A stretch of DNA of 64,000 bases from a virus. Lineage: Duplodnaviria > Caudoviricetes. This document shows positions 50,259 to 60,180 of the stretch, piece after piece. Position 1 is the stretch's first letter; each line of letters opens with the position of its first letter. A model generated the notes under the pieces. It was not told the origin of the DNA and searched no databases. It saw only the letters and a list, made by a program, of their open reading frames with translations. Both the position numbers and the translations under genes were made by a program. The stretch spans positions 20,700 through 84,699 of IMG/VR virus record IMGVR_UViG_3300014720_002243, one strand, 5' to 3'.

Positions 50259-51252
50259 GTATTATATTAAGTGTGGTTCTTTGGAACTCAAGTACAGTAC
50301 AAATAAAAGCCCTATTGAAGCAGCCGTGGTTGCTATAAATGAAACAAACAAGTTTGATGTTTTAGACGAATATTTTTATATTGATGAGCGAGGTTTTAGA
50401 GACTATATTAGTGCTGATAAAACTACGCAAGTAATCAAACTAAATAAAGTAGCCAAAATCGCAGGATGGAGAATCAATAAAGAACAAGATTCTGATTGCG
50501 AGGGATTCTGACATAACTCTTTGTGGCGTAAGGCTTTGAGCCTAGCCACTCTGGGCGACATTTTCCACAAACCACTGTCAACAAACAACTTAGGAAAACT
50601 AAAGAATCGGTTGACAGATACCGATAAATATGGTATGCTCATCAGAAGAAAAGGAGAAAGGATGATCCAGTGGATTGGGGTGATTATAGCGTTACTCGGA
50701 ATGGCCTATAACGGTGTAAAAGACTATCAAAAGGGTGATATTAAACTACCACAACTGCCAGAAAAACAAGTATTGACAAAACCCGTTTATCCAGTACAAT
50801 ACTGTCTGATGGCTTATGATCCTAATGTAGATAAGGTTTTTTATCAGCACGAAAATGGACAATGGTATGAGTATGCACCACCTCAACGACGATATGCGAC
50901 CCAAACGCAACCACAACAAAATCAAAATCAAGGTCAAGAAACCTTGGGAGTTGTCTACGGGTCATCGAGAGCATCGGGATACCATTATGGACAACAGGCC
51001 CAAGCGTCAGCGAACACGACGAGATATTGAGCGTGCTTGGCAAGAGGAGTATGAATGATGTATCACTATATTACAGTACAGGTTGTTATGCGTGACTGTA
51101 AAAATAAAGAGGATGCCGAAGCAAAATGTTCTAGACTTTTACCGTATCATCCAGATGAAAATACAAGACATATGGAATCTTGGGAGATCGTAAGGGTGGC
51201 AGAGGCTAGGCCGTATTATAGCGAACAGTGTGTTGACAATATACAAGATTAG
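50251..51252 (+). CDS. Hypothetical genes (50251..50511, 50662..51030 membrane-anchored, 50894..51058 basic, 51055..51252)
   Basis: RBS and overlapping junctions; 50894..51058 is supported by its paralog at 41309. Confidence 0.5.
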
Positions 51253-51271
51253 TATATGATATATAATATGT

Positions 51272-51347
51272 TGGGGAGTAGAGTAGTCCGGTCTAACTCA
51301 CTGGTCTCATAAGCCAGTATTCGTTGGTTCAAATCCAACCTCCCCCA
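51272..51347 (+). tRNA. tRNA-Met(CAT), initiator-like
   Basis: Anticodon loop CTCATAA, 1:72 mismatch, T-loop TTCAAAT. Confidence 0.85.
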
Positions 51348-51351
51348 TTTT

Positions 51352-51423
51352 GCCCGCATAGTATAATGGCTATTACAGTTGATTTGTAATCATCGGATAC
51401 TAGTTCGATTCTAGTTGTGGGCT
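51352..51423 (+). tRNA. tRNA-Thr(TGT)
   Basis: GCCCGCA/TGTGGGC, anticodon loop TTTGTAA. Confidence 0.85.
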
Positions 51424-51494
51424 TCCGGGATGGTGAAACGGTATCACAACTGACTTTGGATCAGTTTTTCTACGTTCGAATCGTAGTCCCGGAA
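51424..51494 (+). tRNA. tRNA-Gln(TTG)
   Basis: TCCGGGA/TCCCGGA, anticodon loop CTTTGGA. Confidence 0.88.
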
Positions 51495-51509
51495 TATAAA
51501 GGAGATATT

Positions 51510-51929
51510 ATGCTTGGCAGTAATGCAATATACTTGGCTCAAGAGATTGGTAGTTGGGGTCTTATTCATATGGATAAAGACCAAAAAATAGACACTATTA
51601 AAAAGAATGAAGTTATTATTCGTGCATTTAAAAATGCTATTCATGATATGGCAATAATGATGTATGAGTTTATGACTAATGATAGACGATCTAATCTATA
51701 TGGTTATAAGATGAAGTTTGCCGCAATAGAGAATATCTCATCTGAGTTATGCTCTTGTTTGACTTATAATAGTAATGTAGCATTTGGACCTTGCGATAAA
51801 GACTACAATAGAATAGCAGATGACTTGGAGTCTATGGCGAAAATATTAAATTTTGAGATAGATAATAATATGACTAGTATCGAAAGTTATAAAAAAACTT
51901 ATAAAGTAATGGAAAGAGTAACTGTCTGA
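51510..51929 (+). CDS. Hypothetical protein inside the tRNA cluster
   Basis: AAGGAG RBS, ATG at 51510 (the ORF-track start overlaps tRNA-Gln). Confidence 0.6.
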   Translation: MLGSNAIYLAQEIGSWGLIHMDKDQKIDTIKKNEVIIRAFKNAIHDMAIMMYEFMTNDRRSNLYGYKMKFAAIENISSELCSCLTYNSNVAFGPCDKDYNRIADDLESMAKILNFEIDNNMTSIESYKKTYKVMERVTV

Positions 51930-51933
51930 TTTT

Positions 51934-52006
51934 TGCCTAGTAGCACAATGGTAGTTGCAAGCGGCTGTTAACCGCTGGGTTGTAGGTTCGAGTCCTACCT
52001 AGGCAG
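51934..52006 (+). tRNA. tRNA-Asn(GTT)
   Basis: TGCCTAG/CTAGGCA, anticodon loop CTGTTAA. Confidence 0.9.
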
Positions 52007-52009
52007 TTT

Positions 52010-52080
52010 ATTGGCGTAGTTCAACGGTAGAATGACGGTCTCCAAAACCGTAGATGAGGGTTCGATTCCCTCCGCCTTTG
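52010..52080 (+). tRNA. tRNA-Trp(CCA) with mismatched acceptor stem
   Basis: Anticodon loop CTCCAAA; acceptor ATTGGCG/CGCCTTT has two T-T mismatches. Confidence 0.7.
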
Positions 52081-52083
52081 TTT

Positions 52084-52170
52084 GGAATCTTGGCCGAGTG
52101 GTTTAAGGCAGCGGTTTACTAAACCGCCGAGGGTTAAAATCCTCCACAGGTTCGAATCCTGTAGATTCCG
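52084..52170 (+). tRNA. tRNA-Ser(ACT)
   Basis: GGAATCT/AGATTCC, G73, long variable arm, anticodon loop TT-ACT-AA. Confidence 0.88.
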
Positions 52171-52172
52171 TT

Positions 52173-52252
52173 GGTGGGTTTCCAGAGCGGCAAATGGGCC
52201 TGACTGTAGATCAGGTGCTTCGGCTTCGGGGGTTCGAGTCCCTCACTCACCA
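52173..52252 (+). tRNA. tRNA-Tyr(GTA)
   Basis: GGTGGGT/ACTCACC, anticodon loop CTGTAGA, variable arm present. Confidence 0.9.
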
Positions 52253-52594
52253 CTAAACTGTTTGACCTCAAGGGTTTACGACTTTTATTGGCGAGTAATC
52301 AGATCGCAAAGTCTTGGTATTGAAGGACTTAAGAAAATCTAAAGCATCCCCTTGACGCTGGCCGATAAACAGATATAATGACCACACGGAGGCTGACGCA
52401 GAGTTACGGACAAGCGAGAATATGGGAAGAAGCAAACCCACCGTATAAAAAACTCAAAGAGTCCAACCAGAGAGTTAACGGTTATGGCTGCCCCTGTCTC
52501 GCCTAATGCTACAAGATTGGCGATGGTGGCTGTAGTCAGCGAGAAAAAAGAGACTATTGACATATTCTTCACCTAACGATACAATCGAACGTAT

Positions 52595-52667
52595 GGGCCT
52601 CTAGCTCAGTTGGTAGAGCAAGGGTCTTTTAAACCTTTGGTCGTGGGTTCGAGTCCCACGGGGCCCA
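52595..52667 (+). tRNA. tRNA-Lys(TTT)
   Basis: GGGCCTC/GGGGCCC, anticodon loop CTTTTAA. Confidence 0.92.
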
Positions 52668-52884
52668 CTTGACAAGTTTCGTTTATTGGTGTAGAATACC
52701 CTAAAGGGAGTTTTTTATGTATTACGAATATGAATACGAAAACTTGGTCAATAACACAGATGACTTGTATTCTGAACAAACAGAGTACGAGTATACTGAA
52801 AATATTGAATGGCAAGACTATTACCATAATCTTACAGAAGAACTAGAAATCATCGAATAGATATCTTCTATTATCTATTTATCA

Positions 52885-53382
52885 ATGTCTAATATATTGA
52901 ATAGCACGATTGAAAACCATCGTAAAACAGAAGATGGTAAATATATTCAGGGGGCCAGTCACACCTGTCATGTTCTGAATCACAAGGAACGAAATAGGAT
53001 TATTATAAAAGCTGTTTGTGATCTAAGAAAAATCAGTAATACTTTTGATAGTATTGCCTGCTGCGGTGTGAGTGGACTGATGGTAGTTCCACAAATCGCA
53101 GAGTTACTCAATAAGAATATTATTGTGGTAAGAAAGGGGGAACGATGCTATTCGGAGTTTCGTACCGAGGGAGTGGCCCCTTTTCAATATATTATATTAG
53201 ACGATTTAATCTGTTCTGGCTCGACCGTTAAGCATATCAAGAAAGTAATCAAGGATGAATACTCGCGTTCTCATTGTGCTGGTGTGTATTGCTATCTGCC
53301 TAATGAATGTGCTTATAGGGCTGACGAGGATGGCTCTAAACTCTGCAAGCGTGATCTTGGGGTTCCGCTTCTAAATCTATAA
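52885..53382 (+). CDS. Type I phosphoribosyltransferase-fold protein
   Basis: PRPP-binding loop YIILDDLICSGST; IIVVRK. Confidence 0.8.
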   Translation: MSNILNSTIENHRKTEDGKYIQGASHTCHVLNHKERNRIIIKAVCDLRKISNTFDSIACCGVSGLMVVPQIAELLNKNIIVVRKGERCYSEFRTEGVAPFQYIILDDLICSGSTVKHIKKVIKDEYSRSHCAGVYCYLPNECAYRADEDGSKLCKRDLGVPLLNL

Positions 53383-53550
53383 GACACAAGGGTTTACGAA
53401 AAACCCAAACGCCGCGAAAAATCACAAACCCTTGGCAAATCTAGGCTTACGTCAAAAAATTTTTCCACAAGTTTGAGGCTTGACAGACCGATAACATAGT
53501 GTAGAATCATTGTAGTTGAACGAGAGAACGATAACACGAAAGGATTGGAT

Positions 53551-54495
53551 ATGCCTGCTGCTGTTGAACAGATGATGTTTGTTGGTGAGACTCCTTGGCA
53601 CGGCCTTGGTAATCAGGTCGAGGAAGGTGTCAATGTTAGTGACGCTATGACCGCTGCCGGTCTGGATTGGGAAGTCGGTCTGAAGGATTTGCAGACTGTT
53701 GACGGTATTCCTGTTTCGCATCGTGCGACCTATCGCAAGAGCGATGGTAGCATCCTCGGTGTCGTGGGGCCGCGTTACACTCCGCTCCAGAATAAGGATG
53801 CTTTCGATTGGTTCCAGCCTTTTCTGGATGCTAATGAGTGTTCTATTCATACTGCTGGTGCTTTGCACTACGGTCAAAAGGTTTGGGTGCTTGCTCAACT
53901 GAACCGTGACAATAGCGAGATTGTTCCGGGTGATGAAGTGTGCAAGTTTATTCTGCTTTCTAACTCTCACGATGGTAGTACCGCTATTCGTGTCGGATAT
54001 ACTCCGATTCGCGTGGTCTGCGTTAATACGCTGTCTTATGCTCACAAGCACAATGACAGTAAACTGATTCGTATTCGTCACACTCGCTCCAGCCAGAAGA
54101 ATCTGGAAATGGTTCGTGATATTATGGACAATATTAACGCTGGTTTTGAGGCTACTGCGGAACAGTATCGGTTCCTTGCTAGTAAGACTTTCAATCAGAA
54201 GGATATTGATAAGTATGTTAAGATTGTGCTCGATATTAAGGGTGCTGACGAGGACATTAAGACTCGCACCCGTAATATCATGGATGATGTTCTTGCTCGT
54301 ATCGAAGGCCCGAAGCAGTCGGCTACCAATGTCCGTGGTACTTGGTGGGCTGCTTATAACGGCTTCAATGAATATCTAAACTATGGTAAGGGTCGCACGA
54401 CCGATAATCGTCTCGACTCTCTCTGGTTCGGACAAAATGCGAATGACAATATGAAGGCACTTAATACTGCCTTGGAGTTCGCTAACGCTATCTGA
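53551..54495 (+). CDS. DUF932 family protein
   Basis: PWHGLG, AGLDWEV, Y.PLQN..AF, NSHDGS, TPIRVVC.NT, IRHT, TWWAAYN motifs. Confidence 0.88.
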   Translation: MPAAVEQMMFVGETPWHGLGNQVEEGVNVSDAMTAAGLDWEVGLKDLQTVDGIPVSHRATYRKSDGSILGVVGPRYTPLQNKDAFDWFQPFLDANECSIHTAGALHYGQKVWVLAQLNRDNSEIVPGDEVCKFILLSNSHDGSTAIRVGYTPIRVVCVNTLSYAHKHNDSKLIRIRHTRSSQKNLEMVRDIMDNINAGFEATAEQYRFLASKTFNQKDIDKYVKIVLDIKGADEDIKTRTRNIMDDVLARIEGPKQSATNVRGTWWAAYNGFNEYLNYGKGRTTDNRLDSLWFGQNANDNMKALNTALEFANAI

Positions 54496-54821
54496 CGCGA
54501 ATCCCGGTAGCCGTAAATCCTTTAACCACAAGGGTTTGCGGCAAACCGGCCCGCGAATTTTTGTCGCAAAGCCTTATCAGTCAAGGACTTAGTTAAACTT
54601 AGCGACTCATTCTTAGACTTACGCTATAGACATTCGACGCAAGTGACGATACAATGGAACGTAAGTGTAGGAATACCAAGGATTTAGGGAAAGTTTATAA
54701 TCCACTTATGAATCCGTAAAATGATTGTAAGTAGTTAAAATATTCCAAACTTTTTTTGTATTACCTTATCCGGCCCGATTGGCGGTCTTGGCGATAGTCA
54801 GCCAGAATATGGAGTCCTTTA

Positions 54822-56724
54822 ATGAAAGTATATGTAGTATTTGATTTTCCTGAAATTGAAGATGCTAATAGTGAGGATGCTACCTTTACTATTGATAGTC
54901 TTAGTAAAGATCTGAAAGATTTTTGTAATGAGGCCGAATATGACTGGTATATTGATGATGCAGAAGGAGAAGTAAAATGAACGAATATATTCATGCTATT
55001 AATAATGCTTTACAATATGCTTCTCTCAGAATGAAATGGTATGAGGACACTAAGGAATCTAGGTATTTGTATGAGGCTTTGGATTGGATTGATGTTGCTC
55101 ATATTTATATGAAGGAAATTAAATAATGATTAATGTTACCGATAAAAATCGTGACGATATTATTAAAGCATATGCCCACCGTCTGCTGAACGATATGGAT
55201 TGTGATACTCTTTATACCTTTGCTTATGAGCAGTTAACTCAAAGTAAGGATTTGATGGATAATATTCCTCTTGAGAATGAGATTAAGGAATACTATCCTG
55301 AACTGCTAGAAGATTTTCCAGTATAGTTCTGCCATTGTGGCAGCCGATAACTATGGTATAATGGCACTAGACACCGGAGGTACTATGAAAAATATTAACC
55401 AGATTATGCGGGAGCTTGAGAAACTTGGTTATAAAATCGAGTATGGCAATGGTAGTATAGCCAAGATTTACCCGGCCGATAATAGTCAACCTTTTTACTC
55501 TTTACATATTGGTGAGCGTGCTATTCATCCTCTTAGGCGATTTGCTAAGAAAAACTGGAATATAGATTTGAGGAACATTTAATGAAACTTGTAAAAGTAG
55601 AGATTGAACTAGGTATTGATGACGAGCATTGTGGAGATAGTCACGAAGATATTGCATTCTATTTAAATAAGATGCTTTATACTGATCCAGAATTTTTTGG
55701 TGAATTTGGCAAAGAAAACATTGTTAGCGTGGAGGATTTCGAATGAAATACGATGAAGAATACGGTACCTATAAATTTAATACCAGAGATATGGAGATTA
55801 TTCTAGATGCACTATCTTACGTTCATTGGAATGACAAGTCCCTTAGTAATTCTGATAGGGATTATATTGACGGCCTATATCAGTCTCTGGACAATGCTGG
55901 AGTAGTCAATGCAAATTGATTTGTCTTCTAATGAAGTCTGGAAGATTCTAGACGCTATCGAAACATACAAGAACGATTATGCTGTTAGTGTAGCTGTTCA
56001 AAAAACCTTTTCTAATATCGAAAAGAAATTGAAACAAGCCGTTGATTCTGCAAATTCTAAGTAGCTGATACGCAAGGAGTTGTGTCAAGGCTCCTCGTAG
56101 TGTACAATGGGCGTGTTCCTGTCTGAGTGTTATCTAACCAAAAGAGGTAGTTTATATGCTTGCTGTTTTTATTATTGGTGTTGGTATTGTTGCTGGTTTC
56201 TTCAATGGTTACTGTTCAACTGAGGGCTCTCGTAACTAACACCGATACTTGATTATAGACTAATCGCTCTAAAATTGCAAGAGGCTGTTCTTCAAAAAGT
56301 GGTGTGATCACCACAACCTTGTTCTAGGTTATTAATTGGAAGTTAAAAACACCTCATTTCAGAGATTAGAAAAGAACATAAGGAGAGTAGGATAAAGTAG
56401 TACCACCTATATATTAATTGCCCCGTCTGCATAACATATAAGGTAATTCTTGCTTCTGTCAAGAAAGATAATTTTTAAAGGGTATTCAATATGTTTAAAC
56501 CTCTACTGATTATTAGTAGTCTGTCGATGCCCTCCGTATTTGAGCCAGTTGAAAGTTATAGTATGCCGGGTCATAGGATTTATATATCGACCCGTACAGA
56601 TGATCCTGTGCTTCCTAAATGGAAATCTCCGTTCTCAGATACTCCCGAATCAACGCATGACTGGATTCAAGAGAACATAGATAAGCAAATGTATAAACCG
56701 GTTATTGAAGAACTAGAGCATTAA
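54822..56724 (+). CDS. Run of short hypothetical genes (including 55126..55326, 55385..55582, 56491..56724)
   Basis: Packed short ORFs with overlapping stop/start codons. Confidence 0.45.
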
Positions 56725-56839
56725 TGTTTTTCCTAATCCTCTAAGTTTGGTCTGTGTGGTCGTAGTCAGTCAAATTACGAGGTCTCTTTAAAATTTTCTA
56801 TAACAACCATGTAGACACTGAAAACTTTCATGGTATAAT

Positions 56840-57025
56840 GCGGCTAGTCAACGAAGCCAACAGTCACTCGTAAGTTTTATGGTGGACTGTAGGAGTCATG
56901 GACAAAAGGTGTTCTTTTAACTTTTGTTTATGAGGCGCTTTATGAAGACTAGATACATTAACGAGTTGTGAAAGATTACAACTCAGTCAGCAGAAGTAGC
57001 CGGGAGTAATTTCTCGGCTATTTTT
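56840..57025 (+). ncRNA. Candidate structured RNA E with intrinsic terminator
   Basis: Promoter TAGACA...TATAAT at about 56812-56839; stems CTAGTC/GACTAG, ACAGTC/GACTGT, TCATGGACAAAAG/CTTTTGTTTATGA, GAGTTGT/ACAACTC; terminator at 56997-57025. Confidence 0.5.
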
Positions 57026-57132
57026 GTTTAAGAACGTAGAGGTTGACAAGTTAGCCCTTTTTCTTACTATAACCACACGAACCATATGCCAACGGACTGG
57101 TATATATTTTTAAACCTTTTTAGGAGATTATT

Positions 57133-57730
57133 ATGAAGAATCTTGTAATTGCTACTATGCTCGTATTAGGTGTTGTTGGCTCAAGTTATGGCGGCGAATG
57201 TGTTAATGGTAGTTGTTTACTAAGAAGTCGTGTTGTTAATGTAACACGCGAAGTAATTAGCGTACCAGTAACAGTAACACGTAGAACTGTTGAGGCTACT
57301 CGTAATGTTGGTCGTAAAACAGTAAACCGTGTTCGTAATATTGTTCGTTGATATTTTTTAACTCACATTTTCAAGGAGGAAAGTAATGAAATTATTAATA
57401 GCAATTATGTTTTTGGCTCTCTCTATCACTAATGTTCAGGCCGCAAGACCACGATACTATAGTAATAGTCAGCCAAATACTAAGACCTATTCATATGCCG
57501 TGAACCAAAGCGGAAGCGATCAAGAACGATGTCAAGCGGAAGCTAATTATATGGCCTCTAATAATATTACTGGTCATGTATGGGGAACAATAGGAAGTTT
57601 TGAAGGTGTGGGTTATGGAGGTAATCCTAATTGTAACACTTGTATTCCTAGTAGTAACTTGAGACTAACAGGAGATGCTAGCGCTCAAGGTAGGAACGGA
57701 ATGTGGTATAGGGTTAGGTCGTGGAGATAA
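57133..57730 (+). CDS. Two secreted small proteins (57133..57351; 57386..57730, CAP/SCP-like)
   Basis: Signal peptides; CVNGSC motif; GH...FEGVGYG...C...G.A...G..G.WY pattern. Confidence 0.55.
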
Positions 57731-57740
57731 AAGTCTCTAA

Positions 57741-57813
57741 GCAAGAGTAGCTCAATTGGCAGAGCGTCAGGTTTCCAACCTGAATGTTGAGGGTTCGATT
57801 CCCTTCTCTTGCT
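57741..57813 (+). tRNA. tRNA-Gly(TCC)
   Basis: GCAAGAG/CTCTTGC, anticodon loop TTTCCAA. Confidence 0.9.
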
Positions 57814-57927
57814 TTTAAGAACTTAAAAATTTGTACTACTTAATGTAGTCGGATCGCTCTTAATGATAATAGTCAGCGAGATTTCATAACTCTTACTGTT
57901 TCACCTAAACAATTCGAGTCGATTTTT

Positions 57928-59770
57928 ATGGATGCAGTTAGTCAAAAGTATTATATTAAACTAGATAAACAAATAACATGTGAATTTATCTGTCAACAAG
58001 CACAAAAGATTGTGACTCAATTTCAACAAACCAACGGTCAGGATTTGTCCGATGCTCTTCTAATATTGGAAGTTAAGAACATATCTCATACAGCAGAAGC
58101 TAATCCTATTTGTAAGTTAGAATTTAAAAACTAAAGGTTGCCAAATTTGTTCACGGTCTTACTATAATAGTGTTATAGTCTCACCTAATGTTCTAGACTC
58201 GGAATTATGGGAACAGTCAGTCAAAATGAAAATAGATACCAATCAATTTATTGTTGAGAAACAAGTGGCCGGTGAAGAAACTCTTTACTTTACTAGTAGA
58301 GGAAATGAAACATTCTTAGATGATATGGATAATCCAAGATTGGAAAAAGACGGCCCCACAGTATACGCTAAAGCTATTAAGGATAAGAAATCTAGGCAGC
58401 TAACTAAGGATGTCCCAATAGGCTATAGTTATTTTATCAAGACAGAACCCAACAAAAAGATTTATGATCCTACGGTTCTTCATAGCGTAGAATCAAAGGT
58501 TCAAAAGTCTTTTATCAATAAGACCTGTAAGAATGAATTAGTTTTTACAGAGGTCACACAAAGCGTGTTCGATCAGTATGTATCATTTTTAAGAACAGGA
58601 AATAGTTTATGGCTAAACAAAGCCCAAAGAGACCTACTATAAAAGCCAAGAAGAAAAAGGCTCCGGCCCGCAAGTCTTGCTCTAAAACTTGTGACAAAAA
58701 TAAGGCCAAAGTTTGTCAAGTTGTTCAACCAGAAATTCCCCCGGTCGCACTTGAACCAAAAGTTTCTCTAGTAGCAAAAGTACTCAACAAGATTAAGAAT
58801 ATTTTTAGACTAGGGTGATATATCTATGAGTGGAATTCTCCTAGGAATATTGTGTTCTATTTTATTACTCTCTATTCCCGTCCTCTCCTATCTGTCTTTT
58901 GTCTATAAGGAGTTGGGACGAAATGAAGTATACAGGGAGCAACTCAAAAAGTCAAGACATGACATTAAATATCATCAATAATTTGTTGGCACAATCAACC
59001 AACATTAATCGCAAACCAATTTGCCCCCAATTGATTCATGATGAACCTACTAGATTATTGGTTATATTAATTCTACTACCCCTATCACTACTAATAACAT
59101 ACAGAATACTAAGGAGTTTCAATGAGTAGCGATCTGGGGATTATGAAAGATTATGGTGAGTTAATTTTAAGTTTCGCACCAATATCTTATGGATTATTAT
59201 TTTTCTTATCTGCAACACCAATTCAACACCGAAAATGAGGAATATTAAAATGATTGAATTTCATAAGCCTTTTATCAAATCTTTGGTATTTTGTGCCATA
59301 GTTACAATAGTTTCTATGGTTTGTACCAGAATTTTTATTGAAAATTATATGTCTTCAAACAAATCAACCCCCTCTTTTACATCTCAGAAATCCCAGGTTT
59401 CGTCCGAAAGCAAGTAAAAATACTTTATGAAACCTATTTCTCATTAAAATCGAGCAATTTTTACTTATTGATTTTCGCGGTGGTTAAATTTGACCACATT
59501 CTATTTTGTCTAAAGAAAACAAACCGGCCAACCGATATTGACAAAGCGAGCCTTTGTGGTATACTGTCTAATGGTAGGAAAAGTAAATATTATAGGGGAT
59601 TTATGTATAAGAATGTATTGTTGACCGATAAAGAAATTGCTCTTCTCAAGACAGTTATTAATCAAACTTTGCACGAAAAAGTAAGCATTGATCGTAATAA
59701 CTTGACCATTATTCTTAATCGTCTTAGGGATGTAAAACCCACTAAAACCTATAATCAAACTATCAATTAG
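57928..59770 (+). CDS. Hypothetical genes (57928..58134, 58226..58642, 58609..58818, 59235..59417, 59603..59770)
   Basis: ORF track; packing and orientation. Confidence 0.45.
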
Positions 59771-59791
59771 GGTTAATAACCCACAAATCAA

Positions 59792-60160
59792 ATGCAAATC
59801 AAAACAGCAAAAAAACTATTGGCTAATATTAGATTTAGTCAAGGTAGAAATGTTGCTCGAAACGATAAGGGTCAAAATTTAACTGTTTGGAACATTGATT
59901 TAACAGATGATGATTTGATTAAAAAATATGATGAGCAAAACGGTCAATGTTATTGGAGCAAAAAAACACTAAACGAGGAATATAACTATATCAATAAACA
60001 TCCATTGGCTATTAGTGTTGACCGTATAGATAACAGAATAGGATACGAATATAACAATGTGGTTTTAACTCTTAGGTTATTCAACTTGGGTAGAGGTTCG
60101 TATGCTGGTAATTTTGCTCCTATTGTAGACTTTATCTATCAAGAAGAAAATAATTTATGA
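59792..60160 (+). CDS. HNH-like/His-Me endonuclease-family protein
   Basis: Q.G.CYWS...ISVDRIDN..GY...NVVL....N motif. Confidence 0.7.
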   Translation: MQIKTAKKLLANIRFSQGRNVARNDKGQNLTVWNIDLTDDDLIKKYDEQNGQCYWSKKTLNEEYNYINKHPLAISVDRIDNRIGYEYNNVVLTLRLFNLGRGSYAGNFAPIVDFIYQEENNL

Positions 60161-60180
60161 ACACAAATTAGTAGAGAAAA

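Larger units (their letters stand above)
35103..54591. repeat. Dispersed array of 21 78-bp double-palindrome elements (YAA-N4-TT-N7-AA-N4-TTR twice, 53 bp apart)
   Basis: Unit starts: 35103, 35927, 36762, 37666, 38411, 39154, 39612, 40384, 41177, 42211, 42589, 43523, 45036, 46387, 47544, 48372, 49490, 50514, 52254, 53372, 54514. Confidence 0.92.
41495..58222 (+). repeat. Second dispersed ~40-bp motif CCTAAT-N~7-GATTGG-N~5-GTGGC-N2-TAGTCAG, 8 copies
   Basis: Copies start at about 41495, 43971, 46605, 52502, 54764, 56732, 57839 and 58184; all intergenic and in the same orientation. Confidence 0.8.

Noticed and set aside
52082-52342. ORFs overlapping tRNAs (52082..52342, 52606..52827, and the 5' extension of 51417..51929)
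   Set aside because: They are translations of tRNA sequence.
35103-54591. CRISPR array interpretation of the repeats
   Set aside because: The units are degenerate, separated by 0.3-1.7 kb of genes, and no cas genes are present.
35103-54591. Integron attC or tyrosine-recombinase crossover sites
   Set aside because: The 7-bp spacers almost all differ and are not complementary between the two halves, there is no GTTRRRY core pattern, and no integrase is in the window. Disfavoured but not fully excluded.
35189-54994. Many minus-strand ORFs in the early region
   Set aside because: They lack RBS or promoter support and lie antisense to well-signposted plus-strand genes.
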